From positions 116,500,001-116,564,000 of the forward strand of contig NC_045696.1 in assembly GCF_009834535.1 (NCBI RefSeq): a DNA stretch of 64,000 bases. The letters are read 5' to 3'. The first letter of the stretch is position 1. Each line of letters opens with the position of its first letter. The DNA comes from Camelus ferus (Eukaryota). Below the pieces are notes generated by a model. The model saw only the letters and a list, made by a program, of their open reading frames with translations, had not been told where the DNA came from and searched no databases. A program made the translations under genes and the position numbers. Below are positions 51,743-64,000 of the stretch, one piece after another.

Positions 51743-51967
51743 TTCTTTTTTCCATTTTTTTAAATTGAAGTATAGTCAGTTTACAATATTGTGTCAATTT
51801 CTGGTGCACAGCATCATGTTTCAGTCATAAATATACATACATATATTCCTTTTCATATTCTTCATTATAGGTTACTACAAGATATTGAATACAGTTCCCT
51901 GTGCTCTACAGTAGAAACCTGTTGTTTATCTATTTCATATATAATAGGCAGCATCTGCAAATCCTAG
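51743..51967 (-). mobile_element. 5'-truncated L1 3' UTR
   Basis: tttaaattgaagtatagtcagtttacaat...gcatctgcaaatcc. Perfect 13-nt TSD CCCATGCCTTCTT at 51730-51742 and 51968-51980. Confidence 0.94.
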
Positions 51968-52884
51968 CCCATGCCTTCTTAAACCCAGTGTTGACAGCTG
52001 GGTACAAAGCATCACTGGAAGTCTCCTGAAAAAACCCACAGCTATCTCATCTTACATTCCTTAGAGCCTCCTGATTCACATGTGCTCTGTTCCTTTCTTG
52101 TTTTCCTATTTGACCTTGATTTTGTTCCTCAAGGGATGTGCATTCCATCATATCCATCACACACAGACTCCAGCTCCTAACAGGTCTCTCTGTACTTTTC
52201 TCATCTATAGCTATGCTGAAGGGTACATGGAGAAAATAAACCCTGGTGATTATTAGCGTCACTCAAAGAAAAACCACCACCAAACAAACAAACAAAAACC
52301 TTTCATACGGAATTATCTGGTTGTTCCCAGGTGAAAGATTTCATTTTGCCTTGGACTACCAGGATAATTGCCTCATCGTTTCCATTTTGCTTTGCTAGTG
52401 GCCTAAATGTTACTGTGGGCTTTGAAGCCTTTGTCTGGCCTCTTATTGCAGTTATTTGTGCTGCACATGTGTTTGCCCTCCCCACTTTCTCTATTACCTG
52501 TAACCAAGGAAACTGATGCGTACTAAAAGCTTTCTGGTGAATGTACCTTCCATCATTTTCTTCTTCATTGTTGGCTTAAAAAATTTTCCATTTCTCTTTG
52601 GATTTTATGGGAAACAACAATCCTTTGAAAAAGGAAACCACTGGTTCAGATAAACTTAAGGTAAGGATGTGCAAATAGAAGAAAACTTTGGCAGCTCATT
52701 AAATCGCCCTGGAATTATGTTACAGGGAAAGACTCTATGCTGACAGTCTGTTTTATAATTTGGAGTGGATAGTTTGGGTAAATAGTGGGAGGCAAATAAT
52801 CTTAATATGTCAACTGAGCTTGTATGACATCACTGAAAGTAACAGAAAAATATCATGGTTGGTCTTTCTCAAGTCCTTTGGGCA

Positions 52885-53092
52885 TATGCCATACAATATG
52901 GTAGCCACGGGCCATAGGTGTCTATTTAAATTTAAACCAATTAAACTTAGATAAATTAAAATTTTAGTCCCTCAGTCACACTGGCCACACGTCAAGTGTG
53001 CCATAGCAACACGTGGTCAGGGGCTATTGCATGGGATTGCACAGATACGGGCTATTTCCACTGTGGCAGAAAGTTTTATCAACAACACTGGT
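52885..53092 (-). mobile_element. MER3 (hAT-Charlie MITE)
   Basis: caatatggtagccac...ctatttaaatttaaa...ccctcagtcacactggccacacgtcaagtg...gcagaaagtttt. Confidence 0.8.
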
Positions 53093-53589
53093 CTAGTTAT
53101 CACTTTACTTGAGTTGTTTCCCATCCAGGAATATCAGCTTCCCTCATCACTGTTGCTGTAAGACCTACTAGTCTTACTGAAGTCTGACTCATTCTCACCT
53201 CTATCATGTACTGGAAGACTACTCCACATTGAATTTTCCAGTTTTTATATTTCTTGGGCAGCATTTGTAGAGTTCAGAACATATTATGCAGTCAAGTATT
53301 CTTAATTTGTTATTTTATGTGTTAGTCCTATATTTTAAACTAAATTAAAACTGTATTAAATGCAAGAGTTATGCCTCATAGATCCTCAATGTTCCGTACA
53401 ACTCTAGACCATTATTATTTTTAATTATTTTCAAAGCATACTCTGGAACTAAGCTCAGGGATTTTATATGCATCTTCTAGAATGTAGGTTCTTGTCAGGC
53501 AATATTCATAATTTATTATTGTATCATCAGTGTCTGACACATAGTAGATGTTTAGTAAACCTAAAAAAAGAAAGAACAATTTTGTTTGA

Positions 53590-53740
53590 TTTTTCACAAC
53601 AATGTGAACAGGTACTATCTTCATTTTTACAAATTCAGAAATTGAGGTTCAGGGAAGTTCAATAATCTGATGAACCACAGTGCTGATAAACAGCGGATAT
53701 TTGTATTTCAGAACTCCTGCATGTAACTTTTCTCTCCACT
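53590..53740 (-). mobile_element. MIR SINE
   Basis: cacaacaatgtgaacaggtactatcttcattttt...gaaattgaggttcagggaagtt. Confidence 0.65.
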
Positions 53741-55331
53741 TGGTTTCTCATCCTCCTCTCCAGAAGGGTAATCTGGATTTCTTACATGACAGCTCAAGGG
53801 TCCTTGAAGGAGGAAGAGGTCTCAGATATACCAAAACGCCACTCCCTCATCACTCAATTAGTCAAAGCAATAGAAAACCCAGCACAGATTCACAGGGCGA
53901 TGGTAAACTCCACCTCTGCATGGAGGAGTGGTGTGTGCAAACAGAGGGGTGAGAGATTGCTGGAGAACATCTTTGGAGACTAGCTACCACCTGGAGTCAC
54001 CATCTCCGCAGGGTCCGAGTTTCCTAGTACGACGGTTCCCTCTGTAAAAATTCTCCCACTTCAGAACATCTTTCTGTGAGATTTGGAAGCCACTGAAAGC
54101 ACAGCTGTAAATTGGCAGAATATTCCCATTTAAAGTGACCTGGGTTTGACTTTTTACAAATAAGCAGACCTCTGAAAAGCTTCAAATGGCCTCTTATTCC
54201 AGAAAAAGGCAAACATGCTTGTCAGCAGGTTTCACAAGGAACTGGTGCTCTGCTCTTGCTCGGGAATGCTTCTGTCTCCCAAGGAGAGGCCTCTGGATTA
54301 GTGCTGCTATCCTGGGATTCTGACAGCTAGAATTCTTGCCTCCAAGGTGAAGTCCCTCCAACTGTGAAGCTGAAACATTTGTATCTTCCCTCCAAAGTGG
54401 AGACAAACAATTTCAGGAGAAGAAAGGAAAGACATTTCCCCTCAAAGAATATTTTTGGCTGCCTTCCACAAGCCACTCAGCAACTTTAGAATTTTACAAT
54501 CAAATAATGTCTTTTTAGCATATAATCATCTTTTATGTGAAGCTGGGCTTTTACAGTTGTGTGAATTACTCACATTGGAAGTAAGAAGTAACACTTTCAA
54601 GAAAATCTTCTGAATCTACTGGGGTGATATTCTAAGCAATTCATTTGAAAGTGGGAAATATAGCAGGGAGGCTTGTGGATATTCTTCCCTGCTGCAGTCA
54701 GAGAAGAAAGTTGGTCGAACGCTGCTCTAGGGACCGAAAAGGAGCAGCCAACATGAGACTATGGAGACCACAGAAGATCTGAGTTCAGTTCACCTTTGGT
54801 CAGCTAAATTGTATTTTGGGGAGTACTTAATTACTTAACACAATGGGTGTTTTTAAACAATCTCTCTCTCCCCCAATGTGTGTTTCTTTCTCAAGTTATC
54901 TTGGTAAGAGAGAGAATTACAAAAGCAGCTGAGCAAAGCATACTTTCAGAAAACAGAAAATAAAGCTAATGTAACAGAAGCAGGCTCAGTTTGAAGTCTG
55001 GCTGTGTCAGTGCCTCAGGGATGCAGTGGGCATGCTCTCTTTCTGGTAGGCCCCCTTGATCCTGTTCTCCAAAGTAGCTGGAAAGGTGATATGACCTTGA
55101 TGGGAAAAAGAGACCCCAAAAGACCCAGCCCCAAGTGGGCGAGCCCTGATTCTGAATTATGCATCATTTCAAGAGTAAGTGAGTCCTCTCAATTTCAAAC
55201 AAGTAAGCTGGGATTTCACTACTAGCACTCTCCCTGGCTTTGCTCCAACATGATCTACTTTGCAGCAAAACTTAGATATAAGGCTTTAGAACCCAATTAC
55301 TGGAGGTCTCAGAAGGATCTGGCTAACCACC

Positions 55332-55941
55332 TGTTCTGTTTACTACTGCTGTATAGCAAACATCCATCCCAAACTAATTAATTGAAAATCTCAACCATTT
55401 TATTATGGCTCCAAATCCTTTGGGGTGGCAGTTCAATACGAGAATGGTGGGGATCGATTTTTTTGGCTTTGTGGTCCTGGGCCTTCAGTTGGGAAAACTC
55501 AAATGTCTGAGAGCTGGAGACTCTGTTTCCAAAGATGGCATCTTTACTCACATGTCTGGATGCTGGTGCTGGCTGTCGTTGGCTGGACTGTTGGCTGGGT
55601 GCATCAAGGGCAGCATCTGTGTACGGTCTCTCCGTGGGCTTGGCTTCTTCACAGCATGGAGGCTTTTGGGTAGCTGGATGCTCACAGGGTGGCTCAGAGC
55701 TTTAAATGTGAATGTCTCTATGCAGAAGGCAGAAGCTGCACCATCTCCTATGATCTAGCCTCAGAAGTCACGGACTGCACTGCTGCCATACTCCACTCAC
55801 CAGAGCAGTCACAGGCCTGCCCAAATTCAAGGGGAGGGGACACAAGTGCCACCTCTTATGAGTTAGCGGTTAGGTCACAATGCAGAAGAGCATGTTGAAT
55901 GGGTGTTATTGTGACCACTGTGGAAAATACAATCTTCCACA
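55332..55941 (-). mobile_element. Near-complete MaLR solo LTR (MLT1F/G/H-like)
   Basis: TG...CA ends; ttccaaagatggcatctttactcacatgtctgg, cttcacagcatgg, tagcctcagaagtcac, caaattcaaggggagggga, ggaaaatacaatcttccaca. Confidence 0.85.
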
Positions 55942-56525
55942 TCCCTCACACTCAGAACAGGGCTTAGGACTGAGTGTTATGACTTGCCTTGAGGATTAAA
56001 TCCACCTACCAGTTACTCAGATTCATATTCTGTCCAAGATAATGGATTAAAAAGCTCATGTCTCATGGACATGAAAGATTGTATATATCGTCTCATAAAA
56101 CTGGCATAAGAACACAGCCATTGGGCTTTGGGGCGATTTGTTACACATCTACAGTTGACTGATATGGGTTATAAAATCAATGTACACTGTTCAATTTAAC
56201 CTTCATGCATACATCAAATAATCACTTAAATATATAATTTTTAAATAGTATAACTTAAATGTTGACACATAGCTGTGTATATATGTGTGTTTGTACAGGT
56301 AGAAAAATCTAGAAACAAATCTAACAAGACATGCAATTACATCTATGATGAAAAGTATAAAAATTTGTTGAACTGTATATAGAAAATCTCATAAATAAAG
56401 AGGTAACAAATTTTTATAGATAAGAATTTCAATACAGTCAATATGTTGGCTTTCCTCATATTGGTCTATAAATGTATTCCAATTAAAATCCCAATACAGA
56501 TTTTTGTTTCTTTTGTTGGGTTTTG

Positions 56526-56728
56526 TTTTCTTTTTTCTCTCCCTCCCTTCCCCTCCCCTCCCCTCCCCTTTCCTTCCTTCCTTCTTCTCTCTTTCTTTTC
56601 TTTCTCTTTCTTCTTTTTCTTTTCTTTTTCTTTCTTCCTTTCTTCCTTCCTTCCTTCCTTCTTTCCTTCCCCCTTCCTCCTTCCTTTCCTTTCCCTTCCC
56701 TTCCTTTCCTTTCTTCTTTTCTTTTTTT
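56526..56728. repeat. 203-nt uninterrupted polypyrimidine tract (CCCCT/CTTC/TTTC mixed repeats)
   Basis: No purine on the + strand between g56525 and g56729. Confidence 0.95.
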
Positions 56729-57059
56729 GGTAGCTTAATTCCCCTTTGCTTAAGTTAGCTGCTGGATTTCTGTCACTTGTCACCAAAGAATTCTAATTCA
56801 AAAAAAATGGGTTAATGTAATACCCAGTCTCTCTTTCCTCAATTGTATTCTGCTGCTGGGGATGATATTTCAATATAGGCACAAATAGTATGTGAGAATT
56901 AAATGGATATAATTTTTTTTCACCATTCACCTTGACAAGATGAGATCAAAAGGTAAAAATCAAGGTTTCAATTGCTCTATCACAGTTTCACCAGTATCTG
57001 TAAGGTTGCTAGTAGTATAACTGAAGTCCTCCAAAGTGACTTTTTTTCCTCAACTCATA

Positions 57060-57275
57060 CTTATTCATCAGTCATTGTTATTCCCCAGTTAATGACTGAG
57101 TGTCAGTTATAAGAGAGGTGCTATGGTATGTGCTAAGAGATAAATGGGAAGACAACAACAAAAGCAAACATGATTCCAGCCCTTATGAAGTTGGTATTCT
57201 AGGTAAGTAGGGAGATAGATATAGACATAACTGCAGAAAATACTTTTAGATTGTAGCAACTGCTATGGTGGAGAC
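57060..57275 (-). mobile_element. L2 3' end
   Basis: ttattcatcagtcatt...gactgagtgtcagttat...tgtgctaagagata...attccagcccttatgaagttggtattctagg. Confidence 0.55.
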
Positions 57276-57333
57276 CAAATGAGTGCTATTTATTTTATTA
57301 GATGCAACCACATTGACAAAATGCTGGAAAATC

Positions 57334-58120
57334 TTTTTTTTTTACATTTTTTTATTGAGTTATAGTCATTTTACAATGTTGTGTCAAATTCCAGTGTAGA
57401 GCACAATTTTTCAGTTATATATGAACATATATATATTCACTGTCACATTTTTTTTCACTGTGAGCTACCATAAGATCTTGTATATACTTCCCTGTGCTAT
57501 ACAGTATAATCTTGTTTATCTATTCTACATTTTTGAAATCCCAGTCTGTCCCTTCCCACCCCCTGCCCCCTTGGCAACCACAAGTTTGCATTCTATGTCT
57601 ATGAGTCTGTTTCTATTTTGTTTGTATGTATGTATGTATGTATGTATGTATGTATGTACGTATTTTTAAGATTCCACATGAGCGATCTCATATGGTATTT
57701 TTCTTTCTCTTTCTGGTTTACTTCACTTAGAATGACATTCTCCAGGAACATCATGTTGCTGCAAATGGTGTTATGTTGTCGGTTTTTATGGCTGAATAGT
57801 ATTCCATTGTATAAATATACCACATCTTCTTTATCCAGTCATCTGTTGATGGACATTTAGGCTGTTTCCATGTCTTGGCTATAGGAAACAGTGCTGCTGT
57901 GAACACTGGGGTGCAGGTGTCTTTTTGAAGTAGGGTTTCTTCTGGACCCAGGAGTGGGATTCCTGGGTCGTATGTTAAGTCTATTCCTAGTCTTTTGAGG
58001 AATCTCCATACTGTTTTCCACAGTGGCTGCACCAAACTGCATTCCCACCAGCAGTGCAGGAAGGTTCCCTTTTCTCCACAGCCTCTCCAGTATCTGTCAT
58101 TTGTGGACTTTTGAATGGTG
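57334..58120 (-). mobile_element. Young camelid-type L1 3' end (3' UTR + ORF2 C-terminus) with (TGTA)9 at 57623-57658
   Basis: Poly-T-acatttttttattgagttatagtc. Minus ORF 57751-58035 ([13 protein letters not shown]...TCTPVFTAALFPIAKTWKQPKCPSTDDWIKKMWYIYTMEYYSAIK) is the ORF2p C-terminus. Confidence 0.95.
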
Positions 58121-58734
58121 TTCTGTTCCTCTCTTTGCTGCTAGCCCAAGGTGGGTGGAGCATGGTCTGAGGGCAGGGCCCCAGTCAATCTGGGGACCCA
58201 GTTTCAAGATGCTGGAAATTTTTAATGTAAGCCTCTGTACTTTACAGCTTTAGAAGGATATATGGCTGTTTTGTAAACACTTTATGTTCCAAAAGATTTC
58301 ACAGTATTTGGAGACTTATATACTGATTTTTACTGCTTTGATATCATAACAAAGCTGCCTTCACCCACCTATCATATTTCATTTCTTCTGCTTATTAATA
58401 GGCAATTTCTTGCATTAAATGACAATTAAATAAGAAAGTATCTGAGCCTAACGGGCTGAAAAGATAATTCAATCTTCAGGAGTAGATTAGATTTAGAGGG
58501 AGTAATTCAGGAAACATTAATTTAATGATTTTAATGGAAAATTATTCTTTGGAAAATGAAATCAAAATTAAAAGGTAACTAATGTGATTTGTAAATAAAT
58601 GTCATTATTAACTTGAATGAAAGTTTAACATATTTTAATGCTATTTTTTTTTAAAAATCAACTTCTCCATTTATTATAACTCAGCCCTGTCTATGACACC
58701 CACCTCATCCCCCATCACTTTCTATTATGAATTC

Positions 58735-58915
58735 TAGACAGCTGCCACAGTACATGGAGGACTGACCTTCAAAGTGCGATAGCTACTGCTTCATTTCTGC
58801 CCTCCAATACCTGTGTGAATTTCTTTTGTGGCCAATGCTAACCTAGAATCATATAGAGAAGGGAATTCTGGGAAGCAGTATTTTAGCACCACTAAGTTGG
58901 CACTGTACACAAGTA
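58735..58915 (-). mobile_element. Old ERVL-type LTR fragment
   Basis: tgtggccaatgctaacctagaatcatatagagaagggaattctgggaagc resembles LTR33/40/41-group ends. Confidence 0.5.
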
Positions 58916-58925
58916 CAAAACATCA

Positions 58926-61900
58926 TTTTTAAAAAATTGAAGTATAATAACAAACATTAGCTTCAGGTGGATAGCACAGTAATTTGACATATATACTATG
59001 AGACGATCACCACAATAAGTCTAGTTACTATCTGAAGTCATTATAATATTATCGACTATATTCCCTATTCTGTATATTATATCCCCATGACTTCTTTATT
59101 TTATAACTGGAAGTTTGTGTATCTTAATCTCCTCCACCTATATCATTCATTTCCCCACCTTCTTCCTCTCTGGTGACCACCAGCTTGTTCTCTGTATTAT
59201 GATTCTGTTTGTTTTGTTTTACTTGTTCATTGGTTTATTTTTTTATATCCCACATAAAAATGAGATTATATGGTATTTGTTTTTCTCTGACTCATTCTGC
59301 TTAGCATTATACCCTATAGGTCCATCTATGTTGTTGCAAATAGCAAGACTTCATTTTTTTATACGGCTGAGTAATATTTCAGCGTGTGTGTGTGTGCGTG
59401 TGTGTACTGCATCTTCTTTATCCATTTGTCTGTTGATGGACACTTAGGTTGCTTCATATCTTGGCTATTGTAAATAAAGCTGCATCAAAAATAAGGGTGC
59501 ATGTATCTTTTTGAATTAGTGTTTTTGTTTCCTTTGGGTAAATACCAAGAAGTGGAACTACTGGATCACGAGGTAATTCTATTTTTAATGTTTGAGGAAA
59601 CTCCATATTGTTTTCCATAATGGCTACCCTAATTTACATTCTCACTGACGATGAACAACAATTCCTTTTTCTTCACATTCTTGCCAACAGTTGTAATTTT
59701 TCTGTCTTTTTAATAATAGCCATTCTCACTGTGATTTTGACTGCAGATCCCTGTTGGTTAGTGAAGTTGGATATTTTTTTATATGCCTGTTGGGCATCAT
59801 GTCTTCTTTGGGAAAATGTCTCAGGTACTCTGCCCTTTTCTTAATCAAATTGGTTTTTTTTTGGTATTAAGTTGTATGTATTCTTTATATAAAGATAACT
59901 ATATCTGTATATATGTATATAAAAGAGACAGATCCAAAAGGATGTTGCTAAGACTGATACCAGAGAGCTGTCTATGCTTTCTTCTAGGAGTTTTAGGGTT
60001 TCTGGTCTTATATTCAAGTCTTTAATGCATTTTGAGTTTATTTTTCATATATGGTGTGAGACAGTGGTCCAGATTCATTCTTTTGCATGCTACTGTCCAA
60101 TTTTTCCAACACCATTTATTTAAGAGACTGTCTTTCCCCTCCTTGTATATTGCTTCCTTTGTCATAAATTAATTGACTATATGTGTGTGGGTTTATTTCT
60201 GGGTTTTCTGTTCCATTGACAAAAATATTTGGTTATGTGCCAGAAGCATACTGTTTTGATAACTATTGCTTTGTAGTATAGTTTGAAAACAGGGAGCATG
60301 ATACCTCCAGTTTTGTTCTTCTTTCTCAAGACTGCTTTGGTCACTGGGGGTCTTCTATGGGTCTATAAAATTTTTAGTATTATTTGTTCCAGTACTGTGA
60401 AAAATGATGTTGGTATTTTGATAGGATTGCATTAAGTATGTAAATTGCTTTGGGTAGTACGGACATTTTAACAATATTAATTCTTCCAGTTCATGAGCAT
60501 GATATAGCTTTCCATTTATTTGTGTCATCCTTAAATTCTTTAATCAATGTCTTAGTTTTCAGAGTACAGATCTTTTGCTTTCTTGGCTAAATTTATTCCC
60601 AGGAATTTTATTCTTTTGACATAATTGAACATGGAATGTTTTCTTAATTTCTGACTCTGACAGACTGTTATTAGTGTACAGAAATGCAACAGATACTAAT
60701 TTTTTATCTTGCAACTTTATTGAATTCATTTATTATTTCTAACACTTTTTTGGTGGAGTCTTTAGGGTTTTCTCTATATAGTATAACATCACCTGTATAT
60801 AGTGACACTTTTTCTTCTTTCTTTCCAATTTGGATGACTTTTATTTCTTTTTCCTAACTGATTTCTCTGGCCAGAACTTCCAATACTATGTTGAATAAAA
60901 GTGGTGGGTGTGAGCATCCTTTTCTTGTTCTTGACCTTAGAGAAAAGGTTTCAGCTTTTCACCACTGAGTATGGTGTTAGCTGTGGGTTTGTCATATGTG
61001 GCCTTTACTATGTTAAGGTACGTTCCCTCTATACTCACTTTGTTGAGAGATTTTATCATAAATGGGTGTTGAATTTTATCAGATTTTTTTTTCTGCATCT
61101 ATTAAGACGATCATATGGTTTTCATCCTTTATTTTGTTAATGTGGTGTATCACATTGACTGATTTGTGGATGTTGCGCTATTGTTGCACCCCTGGAATAA
61201 ATCCCACTTGACCATGATGTATGATCCTTTTAATGTATTATTGAATTTGAGTTGTGAATATTTTTGTTGAGGATATTTGCATCTACACTCATCGAGGATA
61301 TTGGCCTTTAATTTTCTTTTCTTGTAGTAGCTTTATCTTGTTTTTGGTTTTAGGGTAATGCTGGCCTCATGGAATCAGTTTGGAAGCATTGTTTCTTCAT
61401 TTTTGGGGAACAGTTTGAGAATGATAGGTATTAAATCACCTTTAACTGTTTGGTATAATACAACTGTGAAGCCATCTGGTTCTGAACTTTTGTTTGTTGG
61501 GGGTGTTTTGACTCCTGATTCAAATTCACTACTAGTCATCAGTCTATTTAGATTGTCTACTTCTTAATTCAGTCTTGATTGTATGTTTCTAGGAATTTGT
61601 CCATTTCTTCTAGGTTGTCCAGTTCATTGGTCTATAATTGTTCCTAGTAATCTCTTATAACCCTTTGTATGTCTATGTTGTCAATTGTAACTTCTTTTTC
61701 ATTTCTGTTTTTGTTTATTTGGGTCCTCTCTCTTTTTTTCTTGATGAGTGGCTACAGATTTATTGATTTTGTTTACCCTTTGAAAGAACCATTTCTTGGT
61801 TTCACTGATCTTCTCTGTCGTTTTAGCCTCTATTTCACTTATTTCCTTTCTAATGTTTATTATTTCCCTCTTTCTGCTAATTTTGGGCTTTGTTCTTTTG

Positions 61901-62716
61901 TTTTTCTAGTTTCTTTAGGTGTGAGTTTAGATTTTTTATTTGTGATTTTTTTTTTTGTTTCTTGAGGTAGGCCTGTACTGCTAAAAACTTCTCTCTTAGA
62001 ACTAGTTTTGCCATGTTCCATAGATTTTGGTACATTGTGTTTCCATTTTCACTTGTCTTAAGGAATTTTTTACTTCCTCTTTGATTTCTTTGTTGACTCA
62101 CTGACTGTCTAGTAGTATGTTGTTCAATCTCCATGTGCTTGTGTTTTTTCCAGTTTTCTTCTTACAGTTGATTTCTAGTTTTATACTATTGTGTACTGAA
62201 AAGATGCTTGATATGATTTCAATTTTTTCAAATTTATTGAAATTTGTTTTATAGTCTAATGTGTGCTCTATCCTAGAGAATGTTCCCTGTGCACTTGAAA
62301 AGAATGTGTATTCTGCTGTTTGGATGGGATGTTCTATATATATATCTATTAAGTCTATCTGGTATAATGTGTTCTTAAAGGCCAGTGTTTCCTTACTTAT
62401 TTTCTGTCCAGCTGATCTACCCATTGCTATAAGTGGCATATTAAAGTTCCCTAATATTATTGTATTACTGTTAATTTTTATGTCTTTAATATTTGCTTTA
62501 TATATTTAAGTAACCTATGTTAGGTGTATAAATATTTAAAACTCTTATATCTTCTTGTTGGACTGAACCCTTTATTAGTATGTAATTTCCTTCTTTGTCT
62601 CTTGTTACAGCCTTTGTTTTAAAGTTTATTTGGTCTGATATAAGTATTGTTATCCAGCTTTCTTTTTGTTTTCATTTTCATGGAATATCTTTTCCCATAC
62701 CTTCACTTCCAGTCTG
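58926..62716 (-). mobile_element. ~3.8 kb 5'-truncated L1 (3' UTR, most of ORF2 into the endonuclease domain), degraded
   Basis: Minus ORF 62098-62439 (LIDIY...AEYTFFSSAQGTFSRIEHTL...IEIISSIFSVHNSIKLEI) is the APE-like endonuclease; 61877-62134 is the following region. Confidence 0.96.
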
Positions 62717-62992
62717 CTAAGAGATGGTGTACAAAACTCTAGCCCCCTTGACCTCAGCTAGGAAAATCTGAGGCAAGTGATTTTATACAATTTTCCAGGA
62801 TTTTCTTGTAGAATTAAACTCCAGTTACCCACAGTGTTGACTTACCAGATGCACACCACTTACTGACTGCTTTCCCTTCCCTAATATTTTCCTCTGCTCC
62901 TATACAAATGTTTCTTGGACTTTTAAACTACTTTGACATGAACTTTTGTCTCAGAGTCTTCAGGAATTTATGCAGGAAACTGAACTAAGATA
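62717..62992 (+). mobile_element. LTR16-like ERVL LTR, 3' part
   Basis: aaaactctagcccccttgacctcag...gaattaaactccagttacccacag...tttcccttccct...ttgtctcagagtct...aactgaactaaga. Confidence 0.65.
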
Positions 62993-64000
62993 AATGGGAA
63001 GGATATAGAAGAGAGATGAAGAAAACAAAACTTGGGGTAATAAACAGAGGGAAAGAGCTGGTGGGAGAAGATGGATGAGAAAAGATAACCTGATGCATGA
63101 GAAATAAGTAAGATGGCGAAACTACTGGGCTCTTATGGACAACAAGGAGGTTATTAACCTAACCTGAAAATGAAAATGCTTGGTAAATTTCTTACACAAA
63201 CCACATCTTTTTACTGCACATAAATCATGCCTGTGATAGACTTGCACTGCCTCTTTGTTGGCTGAGGGTCAGAAGACATACTAATCAGATCCAATCTTTG
63301 AAGGCTTCTAGTCCATTTTGAAGCAAAACTTACATGGTTCAGGAGGTCTTTTATAAGAAAAGTCTAATTCCCAAACAAGTCACTTACATAATCATTTTGC
63401 ATCTGACTTTTTCTTCTTCCCCTATTTCCATTTGCCTATCCAGAGTTAAAAAGGTTTTTCCCCCTCATTTTGTAGTACATTTTCCCCTTTAGATTTTGAA
63501 AAGTCAAACTCAGAGCCACATTTGTTATTCTCAGTGTTTATAATAGGATTTGGAATTTTCCAAAGTGAAATAAAAATTCAGGCTGAATATACTGATAGCC
63601 AATTTTGTATTGAATATCTTTACTGAATGGCTCAGGAAATAATTACTGAACATTTAACGTATAATTTAGTTAGTGAATAAATCTTTAGTTTCATACAATA
63701 ACCTCTCCTGACAGAGGACTACCCTGGGGATGTATTTGAGTTTCCTTTACCTTCCACTTCTCAAACAGCAAACCCCTAATGGTTTCCTCACCTGGCACTA
63801 TTTCTTCTTGTTTATTTGTTCTCTCATCTCCTTACTGGTTTAGAGTTGCCCCTTATAGAAGGAATTGTGTCACTGTAGATGATGGATGACTATATTAAAG
63901 AGAGGCCACCTATCTAGAGTATTTCAGAAGACATTTCTATTTTGCCAATGCCAATAAACTTTTGCACCTTCCTGAGAAACAACCCAACAATGACTTTTCA

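Noticed and set aside
56443..56786. Phe/Ser/Leu-rich and Lys/Glu/Arg-rich ORFs
   Set aside because: Translations of the polypyrimidine microsatellite.
38991..62716. Two long minus L1s truncated within ~60 nt of the same endonuclease-domain position, suggesting a segmental duplication
   Set aside because: They have different flanks (L2 versus LTR fragments) and different internal indels; independent insertions are simpler.
1..64000. Prokaryote-style systems (operons, CRISPR, defence islands) or intact viral genes
   Set aside because: The sequence is mammalian repeat-rich non-coding DNA. There are no long intact ORFs, no repeat-spacer arrays and no gag/pol/env remnants I can recognise.

Overview
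This is AT-rich mammalian genomic DNA with no recognisable cellular protein-coding gene, RNA gene, CpG island or CRISPR array. About half of the window (my estimate by eye) is transposable-element relic: LINE-1 of several ages, L2, MIR, MaLR/ERVL LTRs and hAT MER/Charlie elements. Three tRNA-Ala-derived SINEs and the youngest L1 3' UTRs suggest a camelid (camel/llama/alpaca). Almost every ORF in the supplied track is a decayed L1 ORF1/ORF2 fragment, an antisense read-through of a repeat, or chance. The window looks like intergenic DNA or the interior of a large intron. I found no supportable new biological system. The best second-look items are a 149-codon non-repeat ORF containing an exon-like segment (45244-45337, minus), several exon-like + strand segments, a perfect 13-bp inverted repeat, a twin-primed inverted L1, a nested chimeric L1 with a 19-bp TSD, a 5'-only L1 and a 203-nt pure pyrimidine tract. 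Repeat subfamily names come from recalled consensus sequences and need RepeatMasker/Dfam confirmation. Boundaries without TSDs are approximate.
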